Of a DNA stretch of 64,000 bases, positions 18,657 through 31,400 are shown piece by piece; the first letter of the stretch is position 1; each line of letters starts with the position of its first letter. The stretch comes from an uncultured bacterium (lineage in GTDB: Bacteria; Patescibacteriota; Patescibacteriia; SG8-24; DYFX01). Under the pieces are notes generated by a model. It was not told where the DNA came from. It saw only the letters and a program-made list of their open reading frames with translations, and did no database searches. Position numbers and translations under genes: made by a program. The stretch is taken from positions 57,988-121,987 of the forward strand of contig CALCDZ010000001.1 of NCBI GenBank assembly GCA_937900255.1, written 5' to 3'.

Positions 18657-19219
18657 GCGCGGTCTCACTCTGATGGAACTCCTGGTCGTCATGGGCGTCT
18701 TCAGCCTGACGGTCACGATCGCTTCCGCCATCTTCATCCAATCGAACCGCGCGCAGCGGCGGGTCTTGGCGTTGACGACGGCGCAGGCCGATGTCCGGTT
18801 CGCGCTGGAGGCGATCGTCCGCGAGGTCCGCGGCGGGCAGGTCGATTATGCGACCTATGAACGTTCCGGCGGCGTGCCTATTCCCGCGGCTGCGCTGCTG
18901 ATCAAGAGCGCCGATGGACGCCACTTGAAATTCCACGCCTCGACCGACCCCACGGTCTGTCCCGGGAACGTGGCCGGATGCTTGGCGGTCGACGTCGATG
19001 GCCAGACCCAGAGCGTCACTTCTTCCGGCGTCAACCTCCAGTCCCTGACGTTTTTCATCAGTCCTCAGGCCGACCCCTTCTCCGTCGACGAAGCGAGCGG
19101 CCTCTACAAGGCCGACAGCCAACCGCTCGTGACCGTCTCCATGAAAGTCAAGGTGGCGGGATCGAAGACGGAAGACGCAGCCGTCCTGTCCGCCCAGACG
19201 ACCGTAGCCTCGAGAGCCT

Positions 19220-19230
<11 letters not shown>
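18643..19230 (+). CDS. minor pilin / pseudopilin (PilW-like)
   Basis: MIGARRGLTLMELLVVMGVFSL (G|LTLME with E at +5). Confidence 0.65.
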
Positions 19231-22160
<2,930 letters not shown>

Positions 22161-22162
22161 CT

Positions 22163-22456
22163 ATGCATCTCACGAAAGACGACGTCTTGCGCATCGCCGA
22201 GTTGGCCAACCTGCGGCTGACGGAAGAGGAAATCGGAACGTCCGGAGGACAGCTCTCCTCCATCTTGGAGTACGTCGGCCAGCTTTCAAAGGTGGATGTC
22301 GCCGGTCTCGAGCCGGTCGCGCACATCACGGACGTGAGCGGGGTCCTCAGGAACGACGAAGTGCGCCCGACCGACCGGATCGTCCGGGCGGCGCTCTTGG
22401 ATGCGGCGCCGGAGCGGGAAGGGGATCTCGTCAAGGTGAAAACGGTCTTCCAATGA
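22163..22456 (+). CDS. gatC: Asp/Glu-tRNA amidotransferase subunit C
   Basis: 97 aa, MHLTKDDVLRIAELANLRLTEEE..., a typical GatC. Confidence 0.85.
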   Translation: MHLTKDDVLRIAELANLRLTEEEIGTSGGQLSSILEYVGQLSKVDVAGLEPVAHITDVSGVLRNDEVRPTDRIVRAALLDAAPEREGDLVKVKTVFQ

Positions 22457-22457
22457 T

Positions 22458-23915
22458 ATGGCTTCCCTGAACCGAATGACTCTCAAGGAAGCGGCGGACG
22501 GCCTCCGCTCCAAGGCGTTTTCCAGCCAGGAATTGACCGAGGCTTGCTTGGGGCGCATGCGAGCCGTCGAAGGGCAAGTGCACTCCATGCTGCAGGTGCT
22601 CGAAACGCCGGCGATGGAGGCGGCCAAGGAGGCGGATGCCCGATTGTCCTCCGGCAAGGCATTGGGACCGCTCGACGGCATCCCTGCCGTCGTGAAGGAT
22701 AACTTGCTCCTGCGCGGCAGTCGGACCACCTCCGGTTCGAGGATTCTCGAAACCTATGAGTCGCCATACGACGCCACGTCCGTCGCTCTGTTGAAGGCCG
22801 CCGGAGCGGTGATCTTGGGGAAGTCCAACATGGACGAGTTCGCGATGGGTTCTTCCACCGAGTCATCGGCGTACGGCCCGACGCGCAACCCCTGGAACCT
22901 GGCCAAGATACCGGGCGGATCTTCCGGCGGTTCCGCGGCGGCCGTGGCGGCAGCTGAATGCCTGTTCGCGCTCGGATCCGACACGGGAGGTTCGATCCGT
23001 CAACCGGCCGCGATGTGCGGCGTGACGGGTTTCAAGCCGACCTATGGACGGGTCTCGCGCCACGGGCTCATGGCGATGGCGTCGTCGTTCGACCAGATCG
23101 GGCCGCTCGCGCGCTCCGCGGAAGACGCCCGTCTGGCGCTTTCGGCGATTGAGGGCGAAGACCCGCTCGACGCGACCAGCGCCGGTCGTTTCAGGTATGT
23201 CGAGCCGCGCCTGCCCTCGGAAGGGCTTCAAGGCCTTCGTATCGGACTGCCGGACGAGTTTTTCACGCCCGGCATGGATGCTGACGTCAAGGACAGGACC
23301 ATGGAAGCGGCGGCGAAATTGGAGGCGCTGGGCGCCGAAATCGTGCCGGTGAGGTTCCCGTCCGCGGCGTACGGCTTGCCGGTCTATTACGTCATCGTCC
23401 CTTGTGAAGTCAGCGCCAACCTTTCTCGTTATGACGGCGTACGGTTCGGGATGTCCGTCCCGGCACCGACGTTGAAGGAGACGTACTCCGTCACGCGCGC
23501 CGAAGGGTTCGGACGGGAAGTGCGGCGTCGCATCATGCTCGGCGCCCATGCGCTGTCGTCCGGCTATTACGAGGCATATTATCTCCAAGCGCAGAAGGTG
23601 CGCGCGAAGATGCGGAGGGAGTTCGACGCGCTGATGCAGGACGTCGATCTCCTGCTTTCCCCGACATCGCCATCGGTGGCGTGGGATATCGGCGAGAAGT
23701 TCGACGATCCGATCGCCATGTACCTGACCGACATCTACACCGTGACCGCCAACGTGGTCGGCGCGCCGGCCATTTCCGCCCCGTGCGGATTCGTGCGTGA
23801 CCTGCCCGTGGGCTTCCAGCTCATCGGGCGGCCGTTCGAAGATGGGCTTGTCCTCGAGACGGCGAAGCGCTTCCAGGACACAACGGACTTCCACCTCAAG
23901 ATGCCGATGCTTTGA
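22458..23915 (+). CDS. gatA: Asp/Glu-tRNA amidotransferase subunit A (amidase signature family)
   Basis: 485 aa with the amidase signature GGSSGGSAAAVAA, immediately after gatC. Confidence 0.9.
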   Translation: MASLNRMTLKEAADGLRSKAFSSQELTEACLGRMRAVEGQVHSMLQVLETPAMEAAKEADARLSSGKALGPLDGIPAVVKDNLLLRGSRTTSGSRILETYESPYDATSVALLKAAGAVILGKSNMDEFAMGSSTESSAYGPTRNPWNLAKIPGGSSGGSAAAVAAAECLFALGSDTGGSIRQPAAMCGVTGFKPTYGRVSRHGLMAMASSFDQIGPLARSAEDARLALSAIEGEDPLDATSAGRFRYVEPRLPSEGLQGLRIGLPDEFFTPGMDADVKDRTMEAAAKLEALGAEIVPVRFPSAAYGLPVYYVIVPCEVSANLSRYDGVRFGMSVPAPTLKETYSVTRAEGFGREVRRRIMLGAHALSSGYYEAYYLQAQKVRAKMRREFDALMQDVDLLLSPTSPSVAWDIGEKFDDPIAMYLTDIYTVTANVVGAPAISAPCGFVRDLPVGFQLIGRPFEDGLVLETAKRFQDTTDFHLKMPML

Positions 23916-23940
23916 GCAGGACGCTTGTCTTGGCGTTTTC

Positions 23941-23949
23941 TGCTATAAT
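23941..23949 (+). promoter_or_regulatory. extended -10 (TGCTATAAT)
   Basis: A perfect TGnTATAAT 10 nt upstream of the ATG at 23959, suggesting a leaderless or short-leader transcript. Confidence 0.45.
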
Positions 23950-23958
23950 AGACCCATT

Positions 23959-24543
23959 ATGCCATCCAAGAAACCCTACGTCGCCGTCCGGAGCGCCAAA
24001 AAGAAGCAGACCAGGTCATCCGTCAATCGTCAGGAGACCCATTGGTGGCAAAAGGAGACGCGCAAGCTCTCTGCCGCCCAGTTGTGCGAACGTTGCAACG
24101 CCGTCTGGTTCGACGGTCATTGGCACACCGCACCGGCCATGGCCGCTGCCTTGAGAGCCAAGAAGAAACTCGCCGGGAAGTCCGGCAAGGCGGGCAAGCA
24201 GGTCCTGTGCCATGAGTGCCACTTGGCGGCCAACGGCCCGGCCGACCCGACCAAGCAGGCACTTGAAGGGGCGTTGACCCTCGACGGCCTGACCGATCCG
24301 GCAGAAAAGGCCAAGATCCTGTCCACCTGCCGTAATTTTTCGGCGAGGGCCAGCAAGCGCGACCCGGAAGACCGCATCATCAGCATCGACGATCGAGGCA
24401 AGCGGGTCGTGATCACCACCACCGAAAACCAGATGGCCGTCGGCATGGGCAAGGCCGTCGATGCGGCCTTCAAGGGAGGCAAATTGCGCATCGTCTGGTC
24501 GAAGGACGATATGCCGGCCCGCGTCTTCTGGGTCCACAAATAG
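23959..24543 (+). CDS. hypothetical basic protein with a putative zinc ribbon (C-x2-C ... C-x2-C)
   Basis: ATG at 23959 is preceded by the extended -10 TGCTATAAT at 23941-23949. Contains CERC...CHEC. No family recognised. Confidence 0.55.
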   Translation: MPSKKPYVAVRSAKKKQTRSSVNRQETHWWQKETRKLSAAQLCERCNAVWFDGHWHTAPAMAAALRAKKKLAGKSGKAGKQVLCHECHLAANGPADPTKQALEGALTLDGLTDPAEKAKILSTCRNFSARASKRDPEDRIISIDDRGKRVVITTTENQMAVGMGKAVDAAFKGGKLRIVWSKDDMPARVFWVHK

Positions 24544-24551
24544 GCTCCGAG

Positions 24552-25007
24552 ATGTTGACCGTCACTTTCGACGTCGTCGGTCTCGGGAAATTCGCGGCCG
24601 TCCTTGTCGGTCTTGCGATCGTCTTTCTTCTTATCCGCGGAGCGCGTCGTCTCATCGGAGGCCTCTTCGCTCCCAAGCTTCAAGGATCGGATCGCGGCGT
24701 CATCCGTGCCCGTTGGAACGAGATCGAACGGATGGCCGACGGCGGCGGCATCAATTTGAAGGTCGCTGTCATGGAGGCCGATGCGCTGCTCGATCACGCC
24801 CTCAAGTCCCTGGCCATGCCCGGGGCGACCATGGGTGAACGCCTGAAGTTCGCCGCTTACAAGTACCCGAAAATCAGCCGCGTCTGGAACGCGCACCGCT
24901 TGCGTAACCAGTTGGCGCACGAGGCTTCATTTTACCTGGACCCCTCCATGGCCAAATCCGCCATCAGGGACTTCAAGGACGCGCTCCGGTTGATGAGCGT
25001 CCTGTGA
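24552..25007 (+). CDS. hypothetical membrane protein
   Basis: 151 aa with an N-terminal TM helix. Its stop overlaps the lgt GTG start. Confidence 0.5.
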   Translation: MLTVTFDVVGLGKFAAVLVGLAIVFLLIRGARRLIGGLFAPKLQGSDRGVIRARWNEIERMADGGGINLKVAVMEADALLDHALKSLAMPGATMGERLKFAAYKYPKISRVWNAHRLRNQLAHEASFYLDPSMAKSAIRDFKDALRLMSVL

Positions 25008-25771
25008 TCCCGTTCTTCGAATGGAGGGTCATTCCTGCAGGACCTTTCGCCATCCAGGTCTGGGGGCTTTGGGCGGCCATCGGGGTCATCTCCGGCACCT
25101 GGTTCGCGGTGCGGACGGCAAGGCGCACCGGTCTTGACGGCGATAAGGTCGAGGCTCTGGCGTTCCGGATGATCGTGGCCGCATTCCTTGGCGCGCGGCT
25201 TTTCCACGTGCTGTTTTATGAGCCCGGCCATTATCTGAGCCATCCGCTCGAGGTCTTGGAAGTCTGGAAAGGAGGGCTGTCCTCTTTCGGCGGCTTCGTC
25301 GGGGCGGCCATCGTCTTTTTTTGGCGAGTACGCGCTTCCAAGCTGCCGATCCTTAAGACGGCGGATGTCTTCATGACCGCGCTGCCGCTCGGTTTGGGTT
25401 GCGGACGCATCGGCTGCTTCCTCATCCACGATCATCCGGGTACCTTGGCGCATGGCTTTTGGCGCTGGCTGGCCGTAAGCTATCCCGGCGGTGCCCGTTA
25501 CGACCTCGGCCTGCTATTGGGACTCTTTGACTTTTTGGCGTTCTCGGCGTTCCTCGCGCTGTCGCGACGGCCGCGCAAGGACGGTTTTTTCGCGATCTCC
25601 TTCGTCGTCGCCTACGCTCCAGCCCGTTTTTTCCTCGACTTCCTTCGTGAAATCGACATCCGGTACTTCGGGTTGACGCCCGGGCAGTATGGGGCCGTCG
25701 CCATGCTGATTTTCGGCCTCGCATCCTTGCTGCGCTTGCGGTATGCTGAAAGGGTTATGCCACGCGCATGA
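25004..25771 (+). CDS. lgt: prolipoprotein diacylglyceryl transferase
   Basis: GTG start. Multi-TM protein with Lgt-like motifs (FEW..., GARLFHVLFYEPGHY, GGFVGA). Confidence 0.8.
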   Translation: MIPFFEWRVIPAGPFAIQVWGLWAAIGVISGTWFAVRTARRTGLDGDKVEALAFRMIVAAFLGARLFHVLFYEPGHYLSHPLEVLEVWKGGLSSFGGFVGAAIVFFWRVRASKLPILKTADVFMTALPLGLGCGRIGCFLIHDHPGTLAHGFWRWLAVSYPGGARYDLGLLLGLFDFLAFSAFLALSRRPRKDGFFAISFVVAYAPARFFLDFLREIDIRYFGLTPGQYGAVAMLIFGLASLLRLRYAERVMPRA

Positions 25772-27540
25772 AATCGGATGGACGCCAAGCGTTCTGGCTC
25801 GCGATAGGGATGCCCGCCATCGTCCTGTTGGGATCGCTTTGGATTTGGTCGCAAGACCGGATCTTCAGGGGTACCGTCGTGGCACGCCTGGGCGCTTCCG
25901 TGGAGGCGGCCGCTATCGGAGTCGATCCTGACGCGTTCGGTGTCCTGCAGGCACGTCCTGAAGATGCGTCGACCGGGGAATACGCGAAGCTGCGCGGGCG
26001 GCTGGCCAGCATGGCTAAAGTCTTCAAGAGCGAAGGCGTCCGCGGTTTTTACGTGATGAAAGTAGGCATGGATGAAACGCGCTTTTACGTGGACTCAGCT
26101 CCCGCCGACGACCCATGGCACAGCGAGCCCGGAGTGATCTACCGCGAGCCGCCCGCGGCTGTCGCCGAAGCGTCCACAGGCGGAAAGCTCGTTTTTGCCG
26201 GTCCGTATACCGACGAGTATGGACGGTATTACTCCTCCTTCGTGCCGATTTTTGATCCTTCAGGCAGGGTCGCGGCCGTGATGGGGGCGGATATCGAAGT
26301 CTCAGCCTATGACGCCACGTTGTGGGGCGAGCGCTTGCCGGCGATCGGGGTGACGCTGTTCGCGCTCGCCGTCTGCGTCACGTTCTTCCTGCTCGCGAGC
26401 AAGCGCCGTCAGGAGGTCGCGCTCATCAGGAGGTATACCAAACGGCTGGAGATCCTGATCGATCAGATGCCGGTCGGCATCTTGATCCTGGAAGGCCGCA
26501 AGGGCTTCGCGACCATGTCGAATGAGGCTGCCGTCAGGCTGCTCGGGAAAGAGATCGATTCGACCGCCGCTTCGGGAAATTTCGCGGCGACATACGGTAT
26601 CGTGCGCGAGGACGGAAGCCCGTATCCTGAATCCGACCTTCCGCTCGCCGAGACGATGGCGAACGGCCGTCAAGCCGCAAAGGCGGGCCTGTTCGTGAAA
26701 AGGGGAGGCGTCGAACGACCGCTCGCGATCCGGATGGCCAGCATGCCCATCAGGGACGAGGCGGAAAGGGTCGCGGCGGTCCTTGTGGTGCTGGAGGATA
26801 TGGCCAAGGAGTATGAGATCGACCGTCAGAAGTCCGAGTTCATCTCCATCGCTTCCCATGAGCTGCGGGCGCCTCTCACCGCCATCCGTTGGAATACCGA
26901 CCTTCTCCTGGATAAGACCGAAGGCGCCTTGAATCGGGATCAGCGTGCCTACGCTTCGCATATCAAGGAAATCAACGGACGTCTCGTCAAATTGGTCAAC
27001 GAACTGCTTGATGTCTCGCGGCTGGAAACCGGGACGGTCGGCGTGGCGCCGGTCAAGACGGACGTTTCGGAGCTGCTGGCCCAGACGGTCCAGGACTTCG
27101 CCGGGCTGGCAGGGAAGAAGCGTCAGAAGCTTTCTTACGATCGCGGGAACCTTCCGGAAATCGAACTTGATCCGAGACTCATCCGGGAGGTCGTCACGAA
27201 CTTGGTCTCCAATGCCATCAAGTATACGCCGGAAGGGGGGTCCATCGCCGTCACGGCCGTGGCGGAAGCTTCGGGCATCCGCGTTTCCGTCAGCGACACG
27301 GGCATCGGTATCCCGAAGATCCAACAGGCGCAATTGTTCAAGAAATTCTTCCGCGCCTCGAACGCTTCAGACTTGAATGTCGAGGGGACGGGTCTGGGGC
27401 TCTATATCTGCAAGCAGGCGGTCGAGCTTTCCGGCGGCACGATCGGTTTCCTTTCCGACGAGGGGAAAGGGTCGACGTTCTGGTTCACGCTGCCGTTCAC
27501 GGGAAGCCGGCCCAAAGCGGGGACGAAGAAACTTTCCTGA
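25768..27540 (+). CDS. sensor histidine kinase (periplasmic Cache-like domain, PAS, HisKA, HATPase_c)
   Basis: Two TM segments bracket a ~180-aa extracytoplasmic domain. H-box ISIASHELRAPLTAI. G-boxes GTGLGL. No cognate response regulator is adjacent. Confidence 0.85.
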   Translation: MKSDGRQAFWLAIGMPAIVLLGSLWIWSQDRIFRGTVVARLGASVEAAAIGVDPDAFGVLQARPEDASTGEYAKLRGRLASMAKVFKSEGVRGFYVMKVGMDETRFYVDSAPADDPWHSEPGVIYREPPAAVAEASTGGKLVFAGPYTDEYGRYYSSFVPIFDPSGRVAAVMGADIEVSAYDATLWGERLPAIGVTLFALAVCVTFFLLASKRRQEVALIRRYTKRLEILIDQMPVGILILEGRKGFATMSNEAAVRLLGKEIDSTAASGNFAATYGIVREDGSPYPESDLPLAETMANGRQAAKAGLFVKRGGVERPLAIRMASMPIRDEAERVAAVLVVLEDMAKEYEIDRQKSEFISIASHELRAPLTAIRWNTDLLLDKTEGALNRDQRAYASHIKEINGRLVKLVNELLDVSRLETGTVGVAPVKTDVSELLAQTVQDFAGLAGKKRQKLSYDRGNLPEIELDPRLIREVVTNLVSNAIKYTPEGGSIAVTAVAEASGIRVSVSDTGIGIPKIQQAQLFKKFFRASNASDLNVEGTGLGLYICKQAVELSGGTIGFLSDEGKGSTFWFTLPFTGSRPKAGTKKLS

Positions 27541-27989
27541 TGAAATTCAATAGCCGTCCTTGCGGGACGGCTTGAGAAGCTACAGAAAGTGCGCTTGGAT
27601 GCTCTTCATTCCCAACTCCTTTCCAGAGCGTTTGAGATGTTTTCGTCATGCCGCCCCGCCCCTTGCCAGACCGGGCGAGCGGAGCCGCATGACGTGACGC
27701 TAGAAGAACTGAAATACGACCGATCTTTTCTTTTGCACGGATTCCCCGGCGGGTTGGTGGTGACCGACTTTCGTCGATCGGTTTGGCCATGCGCGAGGAG
27801 AGAGCGGTATGTCCGCTCGCGCCGACCGCTCGTTGATCCCCGGGGTGTTCCCGGTTCGGATGTGAGAGTAGCATATATGGCATTCCCTGTCAAGTCCCGG
27901 ACTGGAGCGGGGCGGTCGTCTCGTGAAACATGAGCTTCCCATCGAATTTCCATCCTGGAATCGCCATTTCCATGAATCAGGTCATCTCG

Positions 27990-28020
27990 GGAAAACAAAA
28001 ATCCCATGAAATCATGGGAT
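27990..28020 (-). terminator. rho-independent terminator downstream of tRNA-Ser (minus strand)
   Basis: Plus-strand ATCCCATG-aaat-CATGGGAT hairpin at 28001-28020, preceded on the plus strand by GAAAACAAAAA (a T-tract on the minus strand). Confidence 0.5.
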
Positions 28021-28025
28021 TCTTG

Positions 28026-28113
28026 TGGCGGAGGGGAGGAGATTCGAACTCCTGATACCTTGCGGTATACTCGCTTTCCAAGCGAGCGCACTCGACCACT
28101 ATGCGACCCCTCC
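28026..28113 (-). tRNA. tRNA-Ser (anticodon GGA), CCA encoded
   Basis: Minus-strand sequence GGAGGGGTCGCATAGTGGTCGAGTGCGCTCGCTTGGAAAGCGAGTATACCGCAAGGTATCAGGAGTTCGAATCTCCTCCCCTCCGCCA. It has a 7-bp acceptor stem, anticodon loop TTGGAAA, a long variable arm and a T-loop TTCGAAT. Confidence 0.85.
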
Positions 28114-28220
28114 GCGGGCGTGGCGGTACGGAGGCAGTCTACCGGATAGCCTTCGTTTGGGCAAGGTGGGTCCGGGCATTGCGCGGACGGGGATTTGCGC
28201 TAGTATGGACGGGAAGCCTT

Positions 28221-30065
28221 ATGACGCCTGCCGAAGAAGTAAAACAGAAGCTGGACCTGACGGAGGTGATCGGTGAGTACGTCCGGCTGCAGCCGGCCGG
28301 CGGCCAATCGCTCCGGGGCCTTTGCCCATTCCATGGCGAGAAGACGCCGAGTTTCTACGCGCATCGCGACAAGCAGTTCTGGCATTGTTTCGGCTGCGGC
28401 GAGGGCGGCGACGTCTATACCTTCTATCAGAAGATCGAAGGCGTGGATTTCCGCGACGCCCTCAAGGAACTGGCCGCCCGTGCAGGCGTGGCGCTGCCGG
28501 AATACGACCCGAAGGCCGACTCCGAGCGGTCGGCCGTGCTGGCCGTCTTGGAAGACGCGGCGAAGTATTATGAGGCCGCGTTGAAGCACGAGACGGTCGG
28601 CGCGCGCGGGCGGTCGTATCTGTCCAAACGGAAACTGAACGCGGCGACCATCGCCGAGTTCCGGCTCGGCTACGCGCCGGCGGCATGGGACGCCCTCGTC
28701 AAGGGCCTGCTCGGCAAAGGGCACATGATCGAGAAGATCGTCGCGGCCGGTCTTGCCATCCCGAGCGACCGCCAACGCAGCCACTACGACCGCTTCCGCG
28801 ACCGCGTCATGGTGCCGCTCATGGATCACAAGGGGACGGTCGTCGGTTTCACCGGCCGCATCCTGCCCGACAGTCCCGAAGCGGACAAGGCGGGCAAATA
28901 CATCAACACGCCAGAAACCGCCGTCTATCGGAAGCGCGAATTGGTCTTCGGGTTTCCGCAGGCCAAGCCGCATATCCGCGCCGCGAACTTCGCCGTCCTG
29001 GTGGAAGGCAACCTGGACGTGATTTCCTCGCACCAGGCGGGAGTCAAGAACGTGGTGGCGATCTCCGGCACCGCGCTCACCGGCGGCCAGCTCAAGCAGC
29101 TCTTCGGGAGCCGCGGCGAGGATGGCGGGCATTTCAAGATCGGCTTGGCTTTCGACAACGACGAGGCGGGACGCAAGACCATGAAGAGCAATCTTCCTGC
29201 CGTGCACGAGGCGCTTCGTGCCGCCTGGGGCAATCACGTCCAGGTCTATGGCTACCTCCTGCCGGACGGCTATAAGGATCCGGACGATCTCATCCAGAAG
29301 GACCCTGAGCTTTGGAAGGCTTTGCTGCGGGAAGCCAAGGATTGGGCCGAGATCTCGTTTTCCTTGGCGATGAAGGACTACGTCCCGCGCGACCCGTACT
29401 CGGCCGGTCGCGTCATCGCGAAGTTCAAGCCGGTGCTCGCGATCTTGCGCGAACAGGATCCGGTCATCTTCGATTTCTGGACGCACCGGTTGGGACAGGC
29501 CCTTGGCGTGACGGATGAGGCGCTCCGGAGGGAAATCGGCCAGGCCTCGGTCCTCGAAGGGCGTTCGCTCGCCATCCCGCAGAATGCCGCCGTGCCGAGG
29601 ATCGAAACGCGCGAGGGGCGGCTGGCCGAACGCCTCTTATGCCTGATGTTGCAGGAGGAGGGGTTCTTCGCCAAGCACATCGGTGCCCTGGATGGCCGTT
29701 TTCCGGAAGGCCCTCTGCGGACTCTAGCGGAAAAAATGAGGGCGTATTATACTGATTTCGGCAAAGCCCCCATCCTTCAAGACGCTTTCATCGCCTGGTA
29801 CTTCGATGCCAGGCTGGCCGATCCGGCACTGCCGGCCCTCGAACCGATCCTGCTTCTCAAGGATCGCGACATGGCCGGATGGACCCCGGAACAACTGGCC
29901 GAAGAAGCGGACGTCTGCGCGCGGGAACTCGAAAAAACCGCGGTCAAGAAGACGGAAAAGGAGCTCGTGGGCGCCCTCGCCGAGGCGGAACAGCGCGGTG
30001 ATCGCGCAGCGGCAACCCAAATCGCCAAACGCCTCGAGGCACTCGCCAAACGCCTGCACAATTGA
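28221..30065 (+). CDS. dnaG: DNA primase
   Basis: Zinc-binding [11 protein letters not shown]...[19 protein letters not shown], about 614 aa. The ORF-track start at 28101 is an upstream extension that overlaps the tRNA. Confidence 0.9.
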   Translation: MTPAEEVKQKLDLTEVIGEYVRLQPAGGQSLRGLCPFHGEKTPSFYAHRDKQFWHCFGCGEGGDVYTFYQKIEGVDFRDALKELAARAGVALPEYDPKADSERSAVLAVLEDAAKYYEAALKHETVGARGRSYLSKRKLNAATIAEFRLGYAPAAWDALVKGLLGKGHMIEKIVAAGLAIPSDRQRSHYDRFRDRVMVPLMDHKGTVVGFTGRILPDSPEADKAGKYINTPETAVYRKRELVFGFPQAKPHIRAANFAVLVEGNLDVISSHQAGVKNVVAISGTALTGGQLKQLFGSRGEDGGHFKIGLAFDNDEAGRKTMKSNLPAVHEALRAAWGNHVQVYGYLLPDGYKDPDDLIQKDPELWKALLREAKDWAEISFSLAMKDYVPRDPYSAGRVIAKFKPVLAILREQDPVIFDFWTHRLGQALGVTDEALRREIGQASVLEGRSLAIPQNAAVPRIETREGRLAERLLCLMLQEEGFFAKHIGALDGRFPEGPLRTLAEKMRAYYTDFGKAPILQDAFIAWYFDARLADPALPALEPILLLKDRDMAGWTPEQLAEEADVCARELEKTAVKKTEKELVGALAEAEQRGDRAAATQIAKRLEALAKRLHN

Positions 30066-30094
30066 GACGAGGAGCGTTATTTTTTACGTTACGT

Positions 30095-31348
30095 ATGGCG
30101 AAAGCATCACCGAAAAAGAAGACGTCCAAAAAACCCGTCGTCAAGAAAAAGGCCCCCGTGGCCAAGAAAAAGCCCGCTCCGAAGGAAAAAGCTCCCAAGA
30201 AAGGTCCGGAACCGAAGACGAAGCGCTTGAAAGTCGAACCGCCGGCCATCGAGGCCGTCGACAACCTCTTCAAGAAAGGGTTGGCGCGCGGGTTCGTCAC
30301 CGAGATGGAAATCCTGTCGGTCTTCAACGAGGTGGAGGAATACCTGCCCGTCTATGACGAGTTCCTGAACCGCCTCGACAAAGGCGGCATCCAGATCATC
30401 GAGATGAAGGAAGGCCTGCTCGGGAAGAGCTCCGAGCGCGAAGGCGCCATGGCGATGATCCGCGTCGTCAACAAGGAGAAGGATCTCAAGAGGGACGCCA
30501 AGAAGTCGCCGCTCGACATGGAGATCTCGACCGACTCCATCCAGATGTACCTGCGCGAGATCGGCAAGATCCCGCTCCTCACCGGCGCCGAGGAAGTCGA
30601 GCTCGCCAAGCGCAAGGAGCGCAACGACCGCGAGGCCGAACGCCGCCTGATCGAAGCCAACCTGCGCCTGGTCGTCTCGATCGCCAAGAAGTTCGTGGGC
30701 AAGTCGCTTTCGCTGCTCGACCTGATCCAGGAAGGCAACATCGGCCTCTTCCGCGCGGTCAAGAAGTTCGAATACCGCAAGGGCTACAAGTTCTCGACCT
30801 ACGCCACCTGGTGGATCCGCCAGGCCATCACGCGCGCCTTGGCCGACCAGTCGCGCACCATCCGCATCCCGGTGCACATGGTCGAGACCATCAACCGCTT
30901 CCAGCAGATCGAGCGCCAGCTCATCCAGGACCTCGGCCGCGAGCCGCTGCCGGAAGAGATCGCCGCCGAGATGGGCGAGTCGGTCGAGAAGGTCCGCCAC
31001 ATCATCCAGATCTCGCAGGACACGGTCTCGCTCGAAGCCTCCGTCGGTGAAGACGACGAGGACTCCACGCTCGAGGACTTCATCGAGGACGTGAAGAACG
31101 TCTCTCCCGACCGCGCCGCCGCGCTGCAGCTGCTGCGCGATTACGTCGGAGAGATCACCAAGGACCTCTCGCCCCGCGAGCAGAAGATCCTGGAGATGCG
31201 CTTCGGCCTGACCGACGGCGTCGCCCATACGCTGGAAGAGGTCGGCAAGGAGTTCGACGTCACCCGCGAACGCATCCGCCAGATCGAAGCCAAGGCATTG
31301 GAAAAGATCCAGGCGCACTCGGGCATCGCCCGCCTGCGCGACTATTAG
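30095..31348 (+). CDS. rpoD: RNA polymerase sigma-70 factor RpoD
   Basis: Lys-rich N-terminus. Regions 2-4 ([24 protein letters not shown], and the region 4 HTH). Conserved dnaG-rpoD order. Confidence 0.9.
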   Translation: MAKASPKKKTSKKPVVKKKAPVAKKKPAPKEKAPKKGPEPKTKRLKVEPPAIEAVDNLFKKGLARGFVTEMEILSVFNEVEEYLPVYDEFLNRLDKGGIQIIEMKEGLLGKSSEREGAMAMIRVVNKEKDLKRDAKKSPLDMEISTDSIQMYLREIGKIPLLTGAEEVELAKRKERNDREAERRLIEANLRLVVSIAKKFVGKSLSLLDLIQEGNIGLFRAVKKFEYRKGYKFSTYATWWIRQAITRALADQSRTIRIPVHMVETINRFQQIERQLIQDLGREPLPEEIAAEMGESVEKVRHIIQISQDTVSLEASVGEDDEDSTLEDFIEDVKNVSPDRAAALQLLRDYVGEITKDLSPREQKILEMRFGLTDGVAHTLEEVGKEFDVTRERIRQIEAKALEKIQAHSGIARLRDY

Positions 31349-31357
31349 AACGGATAC

Positions 31358-31396
31358 GGAAAAGGCCCCGGCGGAAGCCGAGGCCTTTTTCTTTCG
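31358..31396. terminator. bidirectional terminator between convergent rpoD and the surface-protein gene
   Basis: GC-rich hairpin AAAGGCCCCGGCGGAAGCCGAGGCCTTT flanked by an A-run on one side and TTTTTCTTTC on the other. Confidence 0.55.
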
Positions 31397-31400
31397 CCGT

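Noticed and set aside
23797-23958. Upstream extension of the ORF at 23797
   Set aside because: It overlaps the gatA 3' end. A perfect TGCTATAAT extended -10 sits at 23941-23949, arguing the gene starts at the ATG at 23959.
27809-27865. 18-codon ORF with a GGAGAG RBS in the tRNA-Ser/HK intergenic gap
   Set aside because: Too short and without supporting features. The local hairpin (gagcgg...ccgctc) could equally explain the sequence. Kept only as a note in the findings.
28101-28220. Upstream extension of dnaG ORF overlapping tRNA-Ser
   Set aside because: It overlaps the tRNA on the opposite strand. The conserved DnaG N-terminus starts at MTPAEEVKQ (28221).
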